The position numbers were made by a program, and so were the translations under genes. The notes below the pieces were generated by a model. It ran no database searches. It saw nothing but the letters and a program-made list of their open reading frames with translations, and had not been told where the DNA came from. Shown here piece by piece: positions 42,575 to 50,473 of a DNA stretch of 64,000 nucleotides (position 1 is its first letter; the number at the start of each line of letters is the position of its first letter). The DNA comes from Candidatus Omnitrophota bacterium (GTDB taxonomy: Bacteria; Omnitrophota; Gorgyraeia; Duberdicusellales; 4484-171), in assembly GCA_046484225.1 (NCBI GenBank), contig JAWOBO010000062.1, positions 934-64,933 on the forward strand, written 5' to 3'.

Positions 42575-42612
42575 ATTGCATAGCGCAAAGCGCTTAGCGC
42601 TATGCTCTTTGC
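42575..42612. repeat. Heptamer/palindromic element family E, copy 2
   Basis: ATTGCATAGCGCAAAGCGCTTAGCGCTATGCTCTTTGC; 7-nt period continues to rplL stop. Confidence 0.82.
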
Positions 42613-42625
42613 TATCAGCTATAAA

Positions 42626-43003
42626 CTATTTGAGTTCTACTTTTGCTCCGGCTTCTTCAAGCTTTTTCTTTACACTTTCAGCTTCTTCTTTAGGAAGATC
42701 CTCTTTTACAGCAGCCGGGGCTGAATCTACTAACCCTTTTGCTTCTTTAAGACCTAAATCAGTAATAGCCCTTATCTCTTTAATTACGGCTATTTTGTTA
42801 GAGCCAACATCGGTAAGATTAACTGTAAACTCTGTTTGCTCTTCTTCAGCTTCTCCTCCACCTGCGGCTGCGGGTGCAGCAGCTGCTGCTACTGGAGCAC
42901 TTGCTTTTACATCAAACTTCTCTTCGCAGGCTTTCACTAGTTCTGATAGTTCTAACACCGTTAACTCTTCAACCATTTTTAAAACATCTTCTACTTTAGA
43001 CAT
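42626..43003 (-). CDS. rplL: 50S ribosomal protein L7/L12
   Basis: EEQTEF, KIAVIK, LGLKEAK, LEEAGA. Confidence 0.98.
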   Translation of the reverse strand: MSKVEDVLKMVEELTVLELSELVKACEEKFDVKASAPVAAAAAPAAAGGGEAEEEQTEFTVNLTDVGSNKIAVIKEIRAITDLGLKEAKGLVDSAPAAVKEDLPKEEAESVKKKLEEAGAKVELK

Positions 43004-43059
43004 TTCAAACCCTCCTTACTTTTTCTTACTTTTTAATTAGTTCTTAAATTTACGCTTGA

Positions 43060-43140
43060 TTCCGATAGAAGATGGACGACCGCTTCGCTAAGACGACAGA
43101 CGACTTCGTCCTTCGTCCCTCGTCCGTCATCCTTCGGTAC
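43060..43140. repeat. Intergenic palindromic element family A, copy 3 (overlaps rplJ stop)
   Basis: TTCCGATAGAAGATGGACGACCGCTTCGCTAAGACGACAGACG...TCGGTAC. Confidence 0.9.
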
Positions 43141-43894
43141 TTTTTTTATTGTCTTCTTCCTTCTTGTCTTCGCCTTTTGTCTCTTTTGCTTTCGGCTCAG
43201 GCTTCTTGCCCTCTTCCTCTTTTTCTTTTGTTTCTTTTTTCTCTTCTTTTTCTTCTTCTTTTTTTTGTTCTGCTTGTTCTTTAGGTTCCTCACCTTCTTT
43301 ATTTTCCTCTTTAGTCTTATCTTCAGTCTTTTCTTCTTTCTCTGTTTCTTTATCCTTATTCTGACTTTGGACTTTTTTAATTTCCTCTATAGCCCAAACA
43401 AACTTTAAGATCGCTTGATTTAAACAAGTAAGAAAACCAGTTATTGGTGCAGCTAAACCAGAAACAGCTTGAGCTAGTAGAGTTTCTCTACCTGGCAATT
43501 TAGCTAAAGACTCTAACTCCTCTTTGCTTATCTTCCTACCTTCGATTATTCCGCCTTTTATAGTGAAACTTTCATTCTCTTTAGAGAAATCAACAATTAC
43601 TTTACACGGCTTCACAATATCCTCATTATATACAGAAATTATTCCAGTTTCCCCCTGAAAATAATCTTCTAAATTTTCTAAGTCAGTATTCTCTAGGGCT
43701 TTATTGATTAAAGAGTTTTTCGCCACAAAAACATAACTATCTACCACTCTTAGTTTATTCCTAAGTTCACTCAAAGCTGAAGCCTTAACGTTATTAAACC
43801 CAATAAAAAAGTAAACAGACGAACTGCTCACCCTCTCTTGAACCCTTTTAATAATATTTTCTCGTATCGCTAAACCAATTGTTTTTGTTTTCAT
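43127..43894 (-). CDS. rplJ: 50S ribosomal protein L10 with about 80 aa E/K-rich tail
   Basis: ELRNKLR, VAKNSL, LAKLPGRE; lies between rplA and rplL. Confidence 0.92.
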   Translation of the reverse strand: MKTKTIGLAIRENIIKRVQERVSSSSVYFFIGFNNVKASALSELRNKLRVVDSYVFVAKNSLINKALENTDLENLEDYFQGETGIISVYNEDIVKPCKVIVDFSKENESFTIKGGIIEGRKISKEELESLAKLPGRETLLAQAVSGLAAPITGFLTCLNQAILKFVWAIEEIKKVQSQNKDKETEKEEKTEDKTKEENKEGEEPKEQAEQKKEEEKEEKKETKEKEEEGKKPEPKAKETKGEDKKEEDNKKSTEG

Positions 43895-43901
43895 AATAGT
43901 A

Positions 43902-44582
43902 TTATAAATTCACCTTAATTGATGGGCCCATAGTAGTTGATAAATAAAATGTTTTTATAAGTTGTCCTTTTAAATTTTGAGGACGAACTGCACCTATCGC
44001 TGAAATAAAACTATTTAAATTATCAACAATATCTTCCTTTTTAAATGACAATTTACCTAAACCAGCGTGAATACAACCCAGCTTATCCGCACGAAAGTTA
44101 ACTTTACCTTTTTTAGCCTCCTCAACAGCTTGAGAAATATTTTCAGTAACAGTACCCGTTTTTGTTGAAGGCATTAACCCTCTCGGCCCTAAAAATCTTC
44201 CTAGCTTGCTAACTGATTTCATCATCGCAGGAGTAGAAATACAATAATCAAAATCAACCCATCCTTTCTTAGATATTTTTTCTATTATTTCATCATTGCC
44301 AATATAATCAGCACCAGCTTTTTTAGCTTTTTCTTCTTGGTCAGATCCACAAAATACCAAAACTTTACTTTCTTTGCCAGTACCGTGAGGTAAAACAACT
44401 GCGCCTCTTACTATTTGTTCTGAATCTTTAGGGTCAATTCCTAACTTACCGCTGCCTTCTATCGTCTCATCAAATCCTATAGGAGAAAAAGACTTTAAAA
44501 TATCTACAGCTTCCTCGATCGGATAAGTCTTTTCTTTATCAATCAGTTCTAACCTTTTTTTATAAGTTTTACCAGCTCTCAT
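43902..44582 (-). CDS. rplA: 50S ribosomal protein L1
   Basis: FDET, LPHGTGK, LGPRGLMP, STTMGP. Confidence 0.97.
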   Translation of the reverse strand: MRAGKTYKKRLELIDKEKTYPIEEAVDILKSFSPIGFDETIEGSGKLGIDPKDSEQIVRGAVVLPHGTGKESKVLVFCGSDQEEKAKKAGADYIGNDEIIEKISKKGWVDFDYCISTPAMMKSVSKLGRFLGPRGLMPSTKTGTVTENISQAVEEAKKGKVNFRADKLGCIHAGLGKLSFKKEDIVDNLNSFISAIGAVRPQNLKGQLIKTFYLSTTMGPSIKVNL

Positions 44583-45029
44583 TTATCCTCCCACAACCTT
44601 AATTCCGCAGCTTCTAGCCGTTCCTTCAATTATTTTTATTGCCTGTTTTATATCAGTTGTGTTTAAATCTGTTAACTTTTCTTTAGCAATCTCTTCAACA
44701 GCTGAACTTTTAACCTCACCAATAATCTGCTTTCCAGCTTCTGGTGAAGCTTTTGCTAAATTAGCAGCTCGTTTAAGTAAAAAAGCAACCGGCGGGCTTT
44801 TAACTATAAAATCAAAGCTTCTGTCTTTATACACACTAATTACAACCGGGACCACTATCCCTTCTTTCTGTTTAGTTGCTTCGTTAAAAGACTTACAAAA
44901 TTCCATAATATTCACCCCATGCTGGCCTAAAGCCGGGCCAACCGGAGGTGCGGGATTAGCGCTTCCAGCCGGAATCTGTAACTTAATTTGTCCTACGGGT
45001 TGTTTCTTCTTTTTCTTCTTCTTTGCCAT
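44583..45029 (-). CDS. rplK: 50S ribosomal protein L11
   Basis: [24 protein letters not shown]. Confidence 0.97.
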   Translation of the reverse strand: MAKKKKKKKQPVGQIKLQIPAGSANPAPPVGPALGQHGVNIMEFCKSFNEATKQKEGIVVPVVISVYKDRSFDFIVKSPPVAFLLKRAANLAKASPEAGKQIIGEVKSSAVEEIAKEKLTDLNTTDIKQAIKIIEGTARSCGIKVVGG

Positions 45030-45062
45030 GTTACATCCTCTTTTTTATGTAGATGATTTCAT

Positions 45063-45590
45063 TTATATCTTCTCCACCTGCCAGAACTCTAATTCAACAG
45101 GAGTAGTCCTGCCAAAGATTGAAACACTTACTTTCAATTTTCCCTTGGTAGGATAAACTTCATCCACTACGCCAGTAAAGTTAACAAAAGGCCCTTCTCC
45201 AACCCGGACACTTTCGCCTTTTTCAAAGTTAACTTTAGGTGCAGGTTTTGCTTGACTTTCTTCAGCTTTACTTAAAATTTGATCAACCTCTTTTTGGGAT
45301 ATAGGTGAAGGCTTTTTTCGTGGTCCAATAAAAGTTGTAATTCCCGGTGTATTTTTTACAAAAAGCCAACTATCCTTGCTCATCTCCATATGAACCAGGA
45401 TGTAACCAGGAAAAAATTTTCTCTCTAATACCTTCTTTTTCCCAAACTTGACTTCAGTTACCTGTTCTTTCGGAATAACTATCTTATCAATCAAGTTTCC
45501 GTAGTCGTGAGATTTAATCTTTGCTTCCAAGTTCCACTTGGCTTTTTCTTCAGCACCACTTAAAGTATGAACAATATACCATTTATGCAT
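45063..45590 (-). CDS. nusG: Transcription factor NusG
   Basis: WYIVHT, FPGYI, GPF, IFGRTTPVEL. Confidence 0.97.
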   Translation of the reverse strand: MHKWYIVHTLSGAEEKAKWNLEAKIKSHDYGNLIDKIVIPKEQVTEVKFGKKKVLERKFFPGYILVHMEMSKDSWLFVKNTPGITTFIGPRKKPSPISQKEVDQILSKAEESQAKPAPKVNFEKGESVRVGEGPFVNFTGVVDEVYPTKGKLKVSVSIFGRTTPVELEFWQVEKI

Positions 45591-45592
45591 TT

Positions 45593-45790
45593 CTAATTAC
45601 CCAAAAATAGTTGAATCAACCTAGAAAAACCTAAGTCAATGCCCCAAATATAAACAGTCAAAAGCCCGGCCACAACTATTACAATTAAACTAGCTGAGAC
45701 AATTTCTCGGCGCGAAGACCAATGGACCTTCTCCATTTCTTCCCGAACTTGTTTAAAAAATTTTGGAATACCTTTAATTTTTTTTATCAT
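45593..45790 (-). CDS. secE: Preprotein translocase SecE
   Basis: EMEKVHWS, one TM helix, upstream of nusG. Confidence 0.93.
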   Translation of the reverse strand: MIKKIKGIPKFFKQVREEMEKVHWSSRREIVSASLIVIVVAGLLTVYIWGIDLGFSRLIQLFLGN

Positions 45791-45817
45791 ACTTACTAAC
45801 CAAACATTATTTAAGCT

Positions 45818-45889
45818 GGTTGCCAGAACACCAGTTACCAGTTCCCAGTAAATATCACTGGTGACTTGGCAACTTGGAAACTAGTAACC
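45818..45889. repeat. Inverted heptamer element (CCAGTTA-like / ACTGG-like)
   Basis: GGTTGCCAG AACACCAG TTACCAG TTCCCAGT / ACTGGTG ACTTGGCA ACTTGGAA ACTAGTAACC. Confidence 0.7.
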
Positions 45890-45909
45890 CGTATTTTACC
45901 AAACTAACA

Positions 45910-45983
45910 CAGGCGAGGTAGGAGTTGAACCTACAACCCCCGGTTTTGGAGACCGGTGCTCTAGCCAATTGAGCTACTCGCCT
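45910..45983 (-). tRNA. tRNA-Trp (CCA)
   Basis: AGGCGAG acceptor stem, CCGGT-CTCCAAA-ACCGG anticodon arm, GTTCAAC T-loop; lies between rpmG and secE; CCA end not encoded. Confidence 0.96.
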
Positions 45984-46001
45984 ATACACGTTTATCGCTT
46001 T

Positions 46002-46084
46002 GTTCCGAAAAACGACAAACGATCGCTTCGCTAAGACGACAGATGATTTCGTCCTTTCGTCCTTCGTCTATCATCTCTCGGTAC
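46002..46084. repeat. Intergenic palindromic element family A, copy 4
   Basis: GTTCCGA..CGCTTCGCTAAGACGACAGA..TTCGTCCTTTCGTCC..TCGGTAC. Confidence 0.88.
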
Positions 46085-46093
46085 TTTTTCATC

Positions 46094-46249
46094 TTACTTA
46101 GGCTTTGCTTCCTTATGAAGGATATGTTTACGTTCAAAGCGACAATATTTTTTTATAGAAAATTTCTCCGGATGTAGCCTTTTATTCTTGGTAGTGTAAT
46201 AATTCTTACGCTTACAACTTGTACATTTTAATGCAATTAATTCTCTCAT
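46094..46249 (-). CDS. rpmG: 50S ribosomal protein L33
   Basis: Hand translation MRELIALKCTSCKRKNYYTTKNKRLHPEKFSIKKYCRFERKHILHKEAKPK. Confidence 0.96.
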   Translation of the reverse strand: MRELIALKCTSCKRKNYYTTKNKRLHPEKFSIKKYCRFERKHILHKEAKPK

Positions 46250-46365
46250 AATAAGTTACGAAAATAAAAAAATTTAGGGTCTAAAATCCCCCCGTCATTT
46301 TTTTGGTTCTTTCTAATTTTTAGGCCTACTTCTAACTTGTTAACTTCCCATCCCGCCTTCTTCTA

Positions 46366-46437
46366 AGCCTGGAATGGGAATTGAACCCATGGCCTCGTCC
46401 TTACCAAGGACGCGCTCTACCCCTGAGCTATCCAGGC
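46366..46437 (-). tRNA. tRNA-Thr (GGT)
   Basis: GCCTGGA acceptor stem, CGTCC-TTGGTAA-GGACG anticodon arm, GTTCAAT T-loop. Confidence 0.96.
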
Positions 46438-46518
46438 GCGATAGCGGGATGTTTTTTTGCTAAAAGCAGGTAAATGATCTTTAAAAAACGAATCTAGATT
46501 ACAACGACTGACTTTTCG

Positions 46519-46546
46519 ATGATACTATAAAAGAGACTTTTGTCAA
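46519..46546 (-). promoter_or_regulatory. Putative sigma70 promoter for tRNA-Thr/rpmG/secE super-operon
   Basis: TTGACA-16 nt-TATCAT about 80 nt upstream of tRNA-Thr. Confidence 0.65.
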
Positions 46547-46597
46547 GGAAAAAAAGATGAAAATTTTTAACTGGTGGATTGTAACTCATAATCCTAT

Positions 46598-46691
46598 TGT
46601 CATCCTGAGGAGCTCCAAACTCAAAAGCGGCAAAAGCAACGAAGGATCTCCGCAACGGGATGAGATTCTTCGGCTTCGCCTCAGAATGACA
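46598..46691. repeat. Palindromic element family B, copy 3
   Basis: TGTCATCCTGAGG..CGAAGGATCTC..GAGATTCTTCG..CCTCAGAATGACA; same arms as 24791. Confidence 0.88.
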
Positions 46692-46780
46692 CCGAGATTA
46701 TTCTATATCTCAGTATCATAGCCACTATGCAACAAAACAGGTTCAAACAAAAATGTTGCATAAGATGCTTTTCTTTAGGA

Positions 46781-46912
46781 GGGGACGTTTCCCTCTGTTA
46801 TAAGTTACTGCAAATAAAGAAGTTATAAAGCAGTGTTTTCCGGAGACAAGCGGAAAATGCCAGTTTATAACCCATTGGCTAACAAAAGGTTATAAACGAG
46901 GGAAACGTCCCC
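46781..46912. mobile_element. MITE/REPIN-like 132-bp element with perfect 15-bp terminal inverted repeats
   Basis: GGGGACGTTTCCCTC (46781-46795) / GAGGGAAACGTCCCC (46898-46912); internal symmetry; mobility is inferred. Confidence 0.6.
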
Positions 46913-46954
46913 TTAACTGCGAGCCAAAGGCGCAACTATGGTACGTAATTTAAT

Positions 46955-48073
46955 TCAAAGCAAGGCAGCTGACACACTATCAGCGAACAAAAGCCCTTTT
47001 TTAGTAAGTTTTATTGCCTCTTTTCCATTTTTAGTCTGCTTAATTAATCCTTGCTCAAATAGTTTTGGTAAAGAATCTTTTTCTAATTCCTGGAAATCAA
47101 AACCAGTTTTTTGCTTGAACCAGCTAAAACTTATCCCCTCTCTTGTCCTTATCTTTAAAGCAGCTGCTTCCTTTGCTGCCTGAAAAGATGAAAGCTTTTC
47201 AGAATATTCCCAAATTTTTTCATTTTTTCTTACAGCTTTTATGTATTCAGGTAAACAAGAAATATTTCTTTGTCTTTTTCCTGCAAAAAAAGAAGCAGCC
47301 GAAGGCCCTAACCCTATATACGGCTTATTTTCCCAATATCTAAAATTATGAATAGATTTAAACTTTTTTTTAGAAAAATTAGATATTTCATATTGAAAAA
47401 ATTCTTTTTCTTCAAGCTGCCCTATAAGTTGTTTATACATCTGAGCAATCTTATCTGAGGCCAAGGGTAAAAACTCTCCAGCCTCAAATCTCTTATACAA
47501 ACAGCTCCCTTTTTCATAAGTTAACATATAAGCAGATAAATGAGTTACGGGAAGTTCTCTAGCCTTAACGAGATCTTTTTGCCATAACTTATAAGATTCA
47601 GATGGTAGCCCATAGATTAAATCTATACTTATATTATCAAATCCCCTTCTTTTAACCTTCTCTACTGAATCTAAAGCTTGTTCTGCCGAATGAATTCTCC
47701 CCAAAAAATTTAGCTTTTGGTCACTAAAAGATTGGCACCCTATACTTATTCTGTTTACAGAATAATCAGAAAACAATCTTATTTTATCTTCGTCAAGACT
47801 TTCAGGGTTCGCTTCTATAGTAAACTCTTTAGCTTCCCCAGCTATCTTTTCTAATTCTTTTAATAATTTCTCAATTAAATCTATATCTAATACTGTCGGT
47901 GTCCCTCCTCCAATATATATAGTTTCAAAATTACAATCTAATTTTTTAATTTGTTTAACTAAAACAGAAAGAAAAGAAACCGCCATAGTTCTTTTATAGA
48001 TAGTGGTATAAAAATCACAATAAGTACAACGACTTTGGCAAAAAGGAATATGAATATACAATGATTTTTTCAT
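46955..48073 (-). CDS. hemW: Radical SAM heme chaperone HemW (HemN-like)
   Basis: YIHIPFCQSRCTYCDF, GGGTP, EANP, YEISNF, HNFRYW. Confidence 0.9.
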   Translation of the reverse strand: MKKSLYIHIPFCQSRCTYCDFYTTIYKRTMAVSFLSVLVKQIKKLDCNFETIYIGGGTPTVLDIDLIEKLLKELEKIAGEAKEFTIEANPESLDEDKIRLFSDYSVNRISIGCQSFSDQKLNFLGRIHSAEQALDSVEKVKRRGFDNISIDLIYGLPSESYKLWQKDLVKARELPVTHLSAYMLTYEKGSCLYKRFEAGEFLPLASDKIAQMYKQLIGQLEEKEFFQYEISNFSKKKFKSIHNFRYWENKPYIGLGPSAASFFAGKRQRNISCLPEYIKAVRKNEKIWEYSEKLSSFQAAKEAAALKIRTREGISFSWFKQKTGFDFQELEKDSLPKLFEQGLIKQTKNGKEAIKLTKKGLLFADSVSAALL

Positions 48074-48096
48074 ACTAATTGACTCGTTATGCCAAT

Positions 48097-48169
48097 GTTC
48101 CGATAGACGATAGACGAAAGGAAGATGGACGTTTCGTCCTTTCGTCCTTCATCCATCGTCCTTCGGATC
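48097..48169. repeat. Intergenic palindromic element family A, copy 5
   Basis: GTTCCGATAGACGATAGACGA..TTCGTCCTTTCGTCCTTCATCCATCGTC..TCGGATC; lacks the GCTTCGC insert. Confidence 0.88.
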
Positions 48170-48188
48170 TTTGCATATAAGACGGTTA

Positions 48189-48201
48189 TGTTATAATTAT
48201 A
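48189..48201. promoter_or_regulatory. Putative overlapping divergent -10 boxes
   Basis: TGtTATAAT on + (48189-48197) and TATAAT on - (48196-48201) between divergent hemW and GT2. Confidence 0.4.
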
Positions 48202-48254
48202 CAGATAAGAACCCAATCGTCTAGGTAATTAGTATTTTATTTATCAAATATATT

Positions 48255-49094
48255 ATGAATAAAAAACCTTTTTTTAGTATAATTATTCCTACCTACAACC
48301 GTAAACATTTTCTAAAAATAGCAATTGATTCGGTGTTAAACCAAACCTTTGATAACTACGAACTAATCATTGTCGATGACGGCTCAACTGATTATACAAA
48401 AAATTTTATCAAAAGCTATAAAACCCCTAAACTAAGATACTATTACCAACAAAACCAAGGTCCAGCCTCAGCAAGAAACTTAGGTGTAGTTAAAGCCAAA
48501 GGAGAATTTATCTGCTTCCTAGATTCAGACGATAGATACAGAAAAAATAAATTAAAAATTACCTCTCAATATATAAAAGATAATCCTGAATACAAAATAT
48601 TTCACAGCGAAGAAATCTGGTATAGAAATAATAAATTTCTTAGTCAAAAAAAAGTACATAAAAAACCCACTGGTTTTATATTTGAAAATGCAACTAAACT
48701 ATGCTCTGTTAGCATCTCTACTGCTGCAATTAAAAAAGAAGTTTTTGGTAAAATTGGCAATTTTGATAAAAACCTATTAGCCTGCGAAGACTATGACTTT
48801 TGGTTAAGAGCAACTTTGCGATATCCTGTATATCTGATCCCGAAAGTTTTAACTATAAAGGAGGGCGGACACAAGGATCAACAATCAAAAAAATATCCGG
48901 GAATGGATAAGTTCAGAATTTATGCTTTAGATAAACTTCTTCAAACTAAAAATCTCAAAAAAAATCAATACCAAGCAGCCTATCAACAATTAAAAACTAA
49001 ATGCTTAATTTGCATAAAAGGATCAGAAAAAAGAAACAAAACCGAAGAAATAAAAAAATATCAGAAAATATTAAATAAATATTCTTTACAATGA
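48255..49094 (+). CDS. Glycosyltransferase family 2
   Basis: SIIIPTYNR, VDDGSTD, ARNLG, FLDSDD, CEDYDFW. Confidence 0.92.
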   Translation: MNKKPFFSIIIPTYNRKHFLKIAIDSVLNQTFDNYELIIVDDGSTDYTKNFIKSYKTPKLRYYYQQNQGPASARNLGVVKAKGEFICFLDSDDRYRKNKLKITSQYIKDNPEYKIFHSEEIWYRNNKFLSQKKVHKKPTGFIFENATKLCSVSISTAAIKKEVFGKIGNFDKNLLACEDYDFWLRATLRYPVYLIPKVLTIKEGGHKDQQSKKYPGMDKFRIYALDKLLQTKNLKKNQYQAAYQQLKTKCLICIKGSEKRNKTEEIKKYQKILNKYSLQ

Positions 49095-50473
49095 ACAAAA
49101 ACTTAAAAGAAAAAATTGAAAAAAAATTTGCTTTTCGATTAAATCAAAATCAATATCAAGAAGTAGAGAGGCTTATCTTTGAAATTACTCGCAGACAAAA
49201 CATTTCAATATCTAAAATCATTGATTATTTAAAAATAAATTCAAAAGCTAACAAGCAAACAGGGAAAAATAAGTTTTTCGCCCTTAAAAATAGTTTGATT
49301 AACTACCGTTTTCCTTTAACTTCTGCCTATAAAAGTATCAATACAAAAAAAATATTTTTAAATAAGACACAAATTCCTCTAAAAAACAATTGGGCCATAA
49401 AAAAACCTTTTAGGCCGGCCACTTTATTTTTTGAAAAAAAAGTAAAAGGAAGCTATTTAATTGATAATTTTCGGAACTATTTTCCTAATTTAAAAATAGA
49501 ACAAATATCTTCTTTAAAAAATTATATTAAAAATAATAAGTTTAGGCTTTCCGAATTAAAAAAACCTTTTGTTTTTATTGTAGAAGAAAACCGAGATTTC
49601 CTAAAACCCTGCCCTTGCACAAAAAAACATCTAGGTTGTGGCTACTGGATATTTAACCTCGGTTTTGGCTGCCCTTTCGATTGTTCTTATTGCTACCTAC
49701 AACAATACACAAATTCAGCCGGTATAATTTTACCAGCAAACTTGAAAAAATTTTTTCACCAATTTGATAAATTTAAAAAAAGGATAAATAAACCAATTCG
49801 AATCGGTACCGGTGAATTTTGTGATTCCCTGGCCCTAGACCACATAACCAACTACTCTACTAAACTTATCTCATATTTTAGAAATAAGTCTGTACTTTTT
49901 GAATTGAAAACAAAAAGCAACAAAATTAAAAATATACTGGCCCAAAAACCAGTTTCAAATATAGTTATTTCTTGGTCTCTTAATCCGGAAAAAATTATTG
50001 ATTCAGAAGAAAAAGGAGCTGCCAAGCTACAAGAAAGATTAGAAGCTGCAAGAAAAGTACAAAAAGCAGGTTTTAAAGTGGCTTTTCATTTTGATCCTAT
50101 CATTTATTATAAGGGTTGGGAAAAAGACTATAAAAATTTAGTCCAACTACTTTATACTAAAGTTAGCCCTTCTTTTGCCTGGATAAGCCTAGGGACACTT
50201 CGCTCGAACCGGCAACTTAAGCCAATCGTCGAACAACGCTTCCCCGAAAGTAATATTTTTTACGGAGAGCTGTTGATTGGAGAAGATAAAAAGTTAAGAT
50301 ATCCTCAATTTCTGCGAAAAATAATTTATAATAAAATGACCAAATGGATAAAAGAATTTGATCAAAAGACACCAATCTATCTGTGTATGGAAAATAAAGA
50401 TATTTGGAAAGATAGGGGCAATTTTAAAACTACAAAAGACATAGAGGCCTACCTTATAAAAAACAATCTATAG
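49091..50473 (+). CDS. Spore photoproduct lyase (SPL)-family radical SAM protein with long N-terminal extension
   Basis: CPCT..CGY, GCPFDCSYCYLQ, GEFCDSL, ELKTKS, SWSLNP, FHFDPI, YLCME. Confidence 0.8.
   Translation: MNKNLKEKIEKKFAFRLNQNQYQEVERLIFEITRRQNISISKIIDYLKINSKANKQTGKNKFFALKNSLINYRFPLTSAYKSINTKKIFLNKTQIPLKNNWAIKKPFRPATLFFEKKVKGSYLIDNFRNYFPNLKIEQISSLKNYIKNNKFRLSELKKPFVFIVEENRDFLKPCPCTKKHLGCGYWIFNLGFGCPFDCSYCYLQQYTNSAGIILPANLKKFFHQFDKFKKRINKPIRIGTGEFCDSLALDHITNYSTKLISYFRNKSVLFELKTKSNKIKNILAQKPVSNIVISWSLNPEKIIDSEEKGAAKLQERLEAARKVQKAGFKVAFHFDPIIYYKGWEKDYKNLVQLLYTKVSPSFAWISLGTLRSNRQLKPIVEQRFPESNIFYGELLIGEDKKLRYPQFLRKIIYNKMTKWIKEFDQKTPIYLCMENKDIWKDRGNFKTTKDIEAYLIKNNL

Noticed and set aside
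45910-45983. Alternative genetic code or suppressor tRNA
   Set aside because: Anticodon is the standard CCA, and TGA terminates conserved genes (secY, rpoB, rpsS) at expected positions.
46751-46780. Possible dif site (GTTGCATAA arm)
   Set aside because: The second arm reads TTTCTTTAGG, not TTATGTTAAA-like.
4737-48169. Repeat families as a CRISPR array
   Set aside because: Copies are dispersed and degenerate, with no repeat-spacer periodicity and no cas genes.
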